A stretch of DNA of 63,820 nt, counting the filler, from Stramenopiles sp. TOSAG23-6 (Eukaryota): assembly GCA_900128565.1 (NCBI GenBank). It is 13 parts of 13 records of this genome, joined end to end, with 100 filler letters (N's around TTAATTAATTAA, not from the genome) between each part and the next. Parts side by side here need not be neighbours in the genome. Positions count along the whole stretch, not along the records: positions 59,465 to 60,479 come from LT639951.1; positions 60,580 to 61,593 come from LT639952.1; positions 61,694 to 62,707 come from LT639953.1; positions 62,808 to 63,820 come from LT639956.1; 9 more parts are not named here. One strand, written 5' to 3'. The position numbers were made by a program, and so were the translations under genes. The notes under the pieces were generated by a model that saw only the letters and a program-made list of their open reading frames with translations, was not told where the DNA came from and searched no databases. Shown here piece by piece: positions 59,534 through 63,820 of this stretch (within the stretch, counting starts at the first letter, position 1; each line of letters begins with the position of its first letter).

Positions 59534-60426
59534 ACTTCCCTTTCTAACTTTTTCAAAGACTTTTTCAACATTTTTTCCATTCCTTTTTGGACACCTTCCA
59601 TTTCTTCAATTTCTTCTTGGATTTCTTCTAAAATTTCATCATCATCGATTTCAGTATCCTCCAAAGAAGAGGAAATGTTATCTGTAGAATCGGTAATTGT
59701 TCTATCTAATGCAGTCAAACTTGATTTTTCTTTCACTTTTTCTTTTTTTTGTGAAATTGAAGTTAATTTGGATGATTCAGATTCTTCTGAAAGTTTCGCC
59801 ATATTCTCAGCAGCAATAACTTGAGCACCATGTATTTTGGAAAAATATTTCAAAATTTTTTTTACCAAAAAAAAAAAAAATTGTTAGATAAAAAANTTTT
59901 TTACCNAAAAAAAAAAAATATTTAGCTAAATTTTGGTTTAAAAAAAAATAAAACATACATGGGAACCAACCATCAATACTAAAGCATATGAGCCCAACCC
60001 TCCTGTAAATGGCTTATTTAATTTTCTTGTATATAAAAGCTGTTTTAAAATAAGAACTAAAGGCCTTAATGCTGGGTATTGAATCATTAACTGTTTAACT
60101 AATGCAACACTTTGAATGCCCATATGAATATTTTTTGTATTATTTCGTGTATTATTTTCTGTGGAATCAAATGTTATATCAACTTCTATATACCTTATTT
60201 CGCTATTTTTTTCATTATTACCTTTTTCATTTTTATCATTATTATTTTTATTATTATAAATAGCCGTAAATTTGATTACTGGTACATGAGAGGTGATAAT
60301 AACTTGAATGCTTTCTTTCTGAACCCAATTAAGGGTCTCTAAAATATTTGCTAAAATATAAACTCTTTTATGAATTGTATTATTATTATTATTATTATTA
60401 TTATTTTTAATACCACAAATAACAAC
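59534..60426 (-). CDS. TRF4/PAPD5-like nucleotidyltransferase, internal fragment. Family introns at 60427-60479, 59830-59958 and 59465-59533
   Basis: VPVIKF, VDITFD, LRPLVLILKQLLYTRKLNKPFTGGLGSYALVLMV. Confidence 0.85.
59830..59958 (-). other. Non-canonical intron GT..AT (129 nt)
   Basis: CAT|GTATGTTTT...ATCTAAC...CCAAAATAC-AT|GGT joins VGSH to GAQVIA. Confidence 0.75.
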
Positions 60427-61140
60427 ATGTATTTTGGAAAAATATTTCAAAAAAAATTCTAAAAAATTTGTTAGGTACANNNNNNNNNNNNNNNNNNNNN
60501 NNNNNNNNNNNNNNNNNNNNNNNTTAATTAATTAANNNNNNNNNNNNNNNNNNNNNNNNNNNNNNNNNNNNNNNNNNNNCTTCTCCCGCTAAAGTAGNTC
60601 TTGAGAATAGATTTTCTCTACAANAAGATGTAAAATTTAGTCTGTTTAGAATACTAAAAGAAACAAACCCAAATAAAAAGTATGCATGAGACCAAAACAA
60701 TGTCATTCATTGTATCAAGGGGAGCTTCATTTGTTTATTCTTGAGGTATTTATCATTATACAGAGAATTTCATAGCTATTCATTCTACTAACATGAAACA
60801 TTAACACTAATGAGTTTGTTATGTTTAAGCTAAAAAGAATATGATGCATAAAAATTACTGCAAGTGATGTAGAACAAACGAAATGTATATGCTTCACAGA
60901 CAAAAACACAATCCATTAAAAACAACAAAGAAATCAACAATAATAAGATATTATATACTATATATATTCAACAATGCTTAGTAACAAAACTTTTTACTTT
61001 TATACTCTTGACGATACAGTATTTTCAAAATGGTCAACATGAGCAAACTTTTAAAAGCAACATTATTTGCAGGACTTGCAGTCCAAACTTTGGCGGGGTA
61101 ACTTTTCTTTACTTTTTTATACTTGATGATGTTGAGTATA

Positions 61141-61593
61141 TTTGATATATCATTGTTGTTTATTTATTTGTTTTATACTTGAGATATTGTTGATGTTGTT
61201 TGGAGTATTTTATAGATTGTACTAATCAAGACAAATGTATTTGATATCATTGTTGATTATTTATTTGTTTTATACTTGTGATATTGTTGATGGTGTTGTC
61301 AGAAGTATTTTATAAATTGTACTAATCAAGACAAATGTATTTGATATCATTGTTGATTATTTATTTGATTTATAATTGTGATATTGTTGATGTTGTTGAT
61401 GGTACTTTATAGATTGTACGAATCAAGACAAACATTTTTGATATCATTGTTGTTACATTTATTTTTTTTATAATTATAATATTGTTGATGTTGTTTTAAG
61501 CATTTTATAGACTGTACTAATCAAGATAAACATATTCGATATCATTGTTGTTTATTCATTTGTTTTATACTAGTGATATTGTTGATGTTGTTT
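61141..61593 (+). repeat. Degenerate ~98-bp tandem repeat, about 4.5 units
   Basis: TTGATATCATTGTTG...GATATTGTTGATG...TTTATAGATTGTACTAATCAAGAC recurs at about 61141, 61240, 61340, 61437 and 61536. Confidence 0.85.
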
Positions 61594-61748
61594 NNNNNNN
61601 NNNNNNNNNNNNNNNNNNNNNNNNNNNNNNNNNNNNNTTAATTAATTAANNNNNNNNNNNNNNNNNNNNNNNNNNNNNNNNNNNNNNNNNNNNGTAAAAC
61701 CNCTTGGTAATACTACAAATACTTGCGCAATTTATTATACAAGTTCAA

Positions 61749-62684
61749 ATGAATCATTCTGTTATTTTATTGATTTTACTTTCATGTTTCGAGCAGATCC
61801 ATTCATCCACTCACGTCGGTAGAGATGAAAGTGAAAGCACGTATCGTAACCTAACCCAAACCCTAAATGAAGTCGAGCAGTCCGGAACCCCGGCCGGAAC
61901 AGGGGAAAAAATTTTGGAACTTCTAAACAAAATTGGTGGAAAAGATTTTGATTTTCTGACTTCGGAATGTGATATATGTAGGGAGGAGATGAAGAATTGT
62001 ATACTTGGATGTGGTCATGGTATTTGTGAGACGTGTGTCGAAGAATTGTTTGCTAGAGGAATGACGTGTCATCAGTGCCGGGAGGATATCGCGAAAGTAG
62101 TTAAAATCGGAAAAAGTGATGACGGCGTGAAAGTTAGTGTTGCACGTGAACGTGATGGAGCAGATGACGAAGAAAATTTTCCACAGCAGCAGCCTGTCGA
62201 GGTGGCACCTAACGTTTGGACGGTGAATGCGCATGTTTCTCCTGCACAACTATACTATGCTGGAGCGGAGAAAGCTAGCCTTCGTATGGGAGAATATGAA
62301 TTTGAATACCCTTTAGAAGCTAGGTCCGAAATTTTTNTCTTAATGANTGNGAAACTTTTAACTTATCCCTCTGGTAATCCTCGTCAACACGCTGTTTCTG
62401 AAGAGAATTTGCAACGTCTGTATGACGGTTTAACTGAGGAACAAAAACAAAATTTCATCGACGAAATGATGCCACGTTTATCGTGGTTCATGGTGGGTAT
62501 ACATCATATGGATGAACGAAATCCGGTTCCAGACACGTCGTGTACACAGAGATTCTTACGAGGAGCATCATATTGCTTGAAGCAGGGCTTGTTGGTTGCC
62601 CCTATAGCGTTTTACCTTCATGCTCCTTGGTCGTTTGCATCATACATGCTATCACACACTACAAATTCATCCCTCGCAATGTAA
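61749..62684 (+). CDS. C3HC4 RING-finger protein with a signal-peptide-like N-terminus
   Basis: CDIC..CGHGICETC..CHQCR; N-terminus MNHSVILLILLSCFEQIHS. Confidence 0.75.
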   Translation: MNHSVILLILLSCFEQIHSSTHVGRDESESTYRNLTQTLNEVEQSGTPAGTGEKILELLNKIGGKDFDFLTSECDICREEMKNCILGCGHGICETCVEELFARGMTCHQCREDIAKVVKIGKSDDGVKVSVARERDGADDEENFPQQQPVEVAPNVWTVNAHVSPAQLYYAGAEKASLRMGEYEFEYPLEARSEIFXLMXXKLLTYPSGNPRQHAVSEENLQRLYDGLTEEQKQNFIDEMMPRLSWFMVGIHHMDERNPVPDTSCTQRFLRGASYCLKQGLLVAPIAFYLHAPWSFASYMLSHTTNSSLAM

Positions 62685-63018
62685 ATATATCAACCCTCTA
62701 AGCGGTCNNNNNNNNNNNNNNNNNNNNNNNNNNNNNNNNNNNNNNNNNNNNTTAATTAATTAANNNNNNNNNNNNNNNNNNNNNNNNNNNNNNNNNNNNN
62801 NNNNNNNAATCTTTTTATTAAATGATGTTTTATCCACTGTAATTAAATTTATTAAATGATGTTTTATCCACTGTAGTTTTAATTACTTGGAAAACATTTC
62901 CTGCTTACCATCCAGACACCAACAATTTGAAGTTTAAAATTCAAAGACATGTCTGTAATAATTTATCAAGAACATAAAATTGCAGCCATATTTTTACTAT
63001 TTCTACTTGAGTTGTCCG

Positions 63019-63702
63019 TCAATTATCAATACTAGTATCACTTAGTATTGTTTTGAGTGCCCATTCATTCTGAAATCTTTTATTGTACATATCCCAGTTC
63101 CAAAAAAAAGAATTAATTTTACCTTCAAAAAATTTTCGTCGCTGTGCTTCATAGAAATACCTCGATAAAGCTAGCTTATCTCCCTGAGACAAATTTGGAT
63201 TTGCGTTAAGGTTAGATAATGAAGAGCTCAATAGATAATAAATACTGCTACTAAATGATGAAATGGAAATTAATCCACTTCCAAGCTTATATTCTTCACG
63301 AATGTTCCATGATTTCATGAAATTTTTGTCGTTATCGATTAGATTTTGAATTTCCATCGAGGATCCTCTTTTGAGAGTGCTCTCATAGTCAGTCATACCA
63401 GAAATTGTTTCCATACCTATCTCCCCAAAAAAATAATTTATATCAAAGACTATGTATGTTGTCCTTTCGAGAAGTGATATTTTTGATTTAAAATATTCAA
63501 AAGCCTTTGGAATGTTTTTATCGGGCACTATTCTATAATTGAAATTAGCAACTAACTGTATATCCGGAAAAAACTGATGTATATTTTCGTGAAATATCGT
63601 TTTGGCCTCAACAAGTACTACATTGAAAACCCATAAATAAAAATATCTAAAACTTTCTTCAGTTACGTTATAAGTATCTTCTTTTACACCAGATATGTTC
63701 AT
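63019..63702 (-). CDS. Hypothetical protein, possibly 5'-partial
   Basis: 227-aa open frame; no family recognised. Confidence 0.45.
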   Translation of the reverse strand: MNISGVKEDTYNVTEESFRYFYLWVFNVVLVEAKTIFHENIHQFFPDIQLVANFNYRIVPDKNIPKAFEYFKSKISLLERTTYIVFDINYFFGEIGMETISGMTDYESTLKRGSSMEIQNLIDNDKNFMKSWNIREEYKLGSGLISISSFSSSIYYLLSSSLSNLNANPNLSQGDKLALSRYFYEAQRRKFFEGKINSFFWNWDMYNKRFQNEWALKTILSDTSIDN

Positions 63703-63820
63703 TAAGCTTGCCTGGTTCTTTATAAAGTCATTTGCAGTCTTACCAATGAGATCATTCCTGTCATATTTTTTGGAACTGGTTTCAGCAAAAGAAGATACTT
63801 ATAACGTAACTGAAGAAAGT

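Noticed and set aside
1-60479. Repeated core as a CRISPR repeat, or as ciliate-type DNA-excised IES
   Set aside because: Copies are dispersed, not arrayed, and the genes are eukaryotic. Strict sense orientation within genes and a CTAAC branch-like motif favour RNA splicing over DNA excision, although IES-like removal is not formally excluded without RNA/DNA read comparison.
6548-62807. Regularly spaced TTAATTAATTAA palindromes
   Set aside because: Always embedded in N-runs of fixed length, so they are artificial contig linkers. Gene neighbourhoods across them have no meaning.

Overview
This window is not one locus. It is 13 unrelated contigs of an AT-rich eukaryote, joined by artificial N-run/TTAATTAATTAA/N-run linkers. 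The organism is probably a flagellated protist (stramenopile-like RPS26; ENO4-like and RIIa-domain proteins; inference). It contains fold-back chimeras and one contig that appears twice. Recognisable genes include VPS11, RPS26, ENO4-like, an ion channel fragment, two TRF4/TENT-like nucleotidyltransferases, an ADP-ribosylglycohydrolase, ARP6, a CLASP/TOG protein, PNUTS-like, a UvrD/TRANK1-like helicase, PHD-ankyrin, LicD, a GT31 galactosyltransferase, synergin-gamma-like and a VPS9-domain protein. Main discovery: a family of about 25 non-redundant, stereotyped ~90-180 nt introns. Consensus: GTAYGTTTT...TTTCGTACGAAATTTTGTACCTAAC...TTGAAATATTTTTCCAAAATAC-NN. They almost never end in AG (23 visible ends: 17 AT, 3 TT, 1 AA, 1 AC, 1 AG). 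Removing them at a fixed position gives a continuous ORF in all 16 complete cases and rebuilds conserved domains (LicD, Zn-ribbon plus BRCT). They carry terminal inverted repeats and an AT duplication, like introner transposons. Ordinary GT-AG introns co-exist in the same genes. Second discovery: a SelJ-like selenoprotein with an in-frame UGA and a well-formed SECIS that has an unusual UUGA core. All splice calls come from DNA alone and need RNA data.
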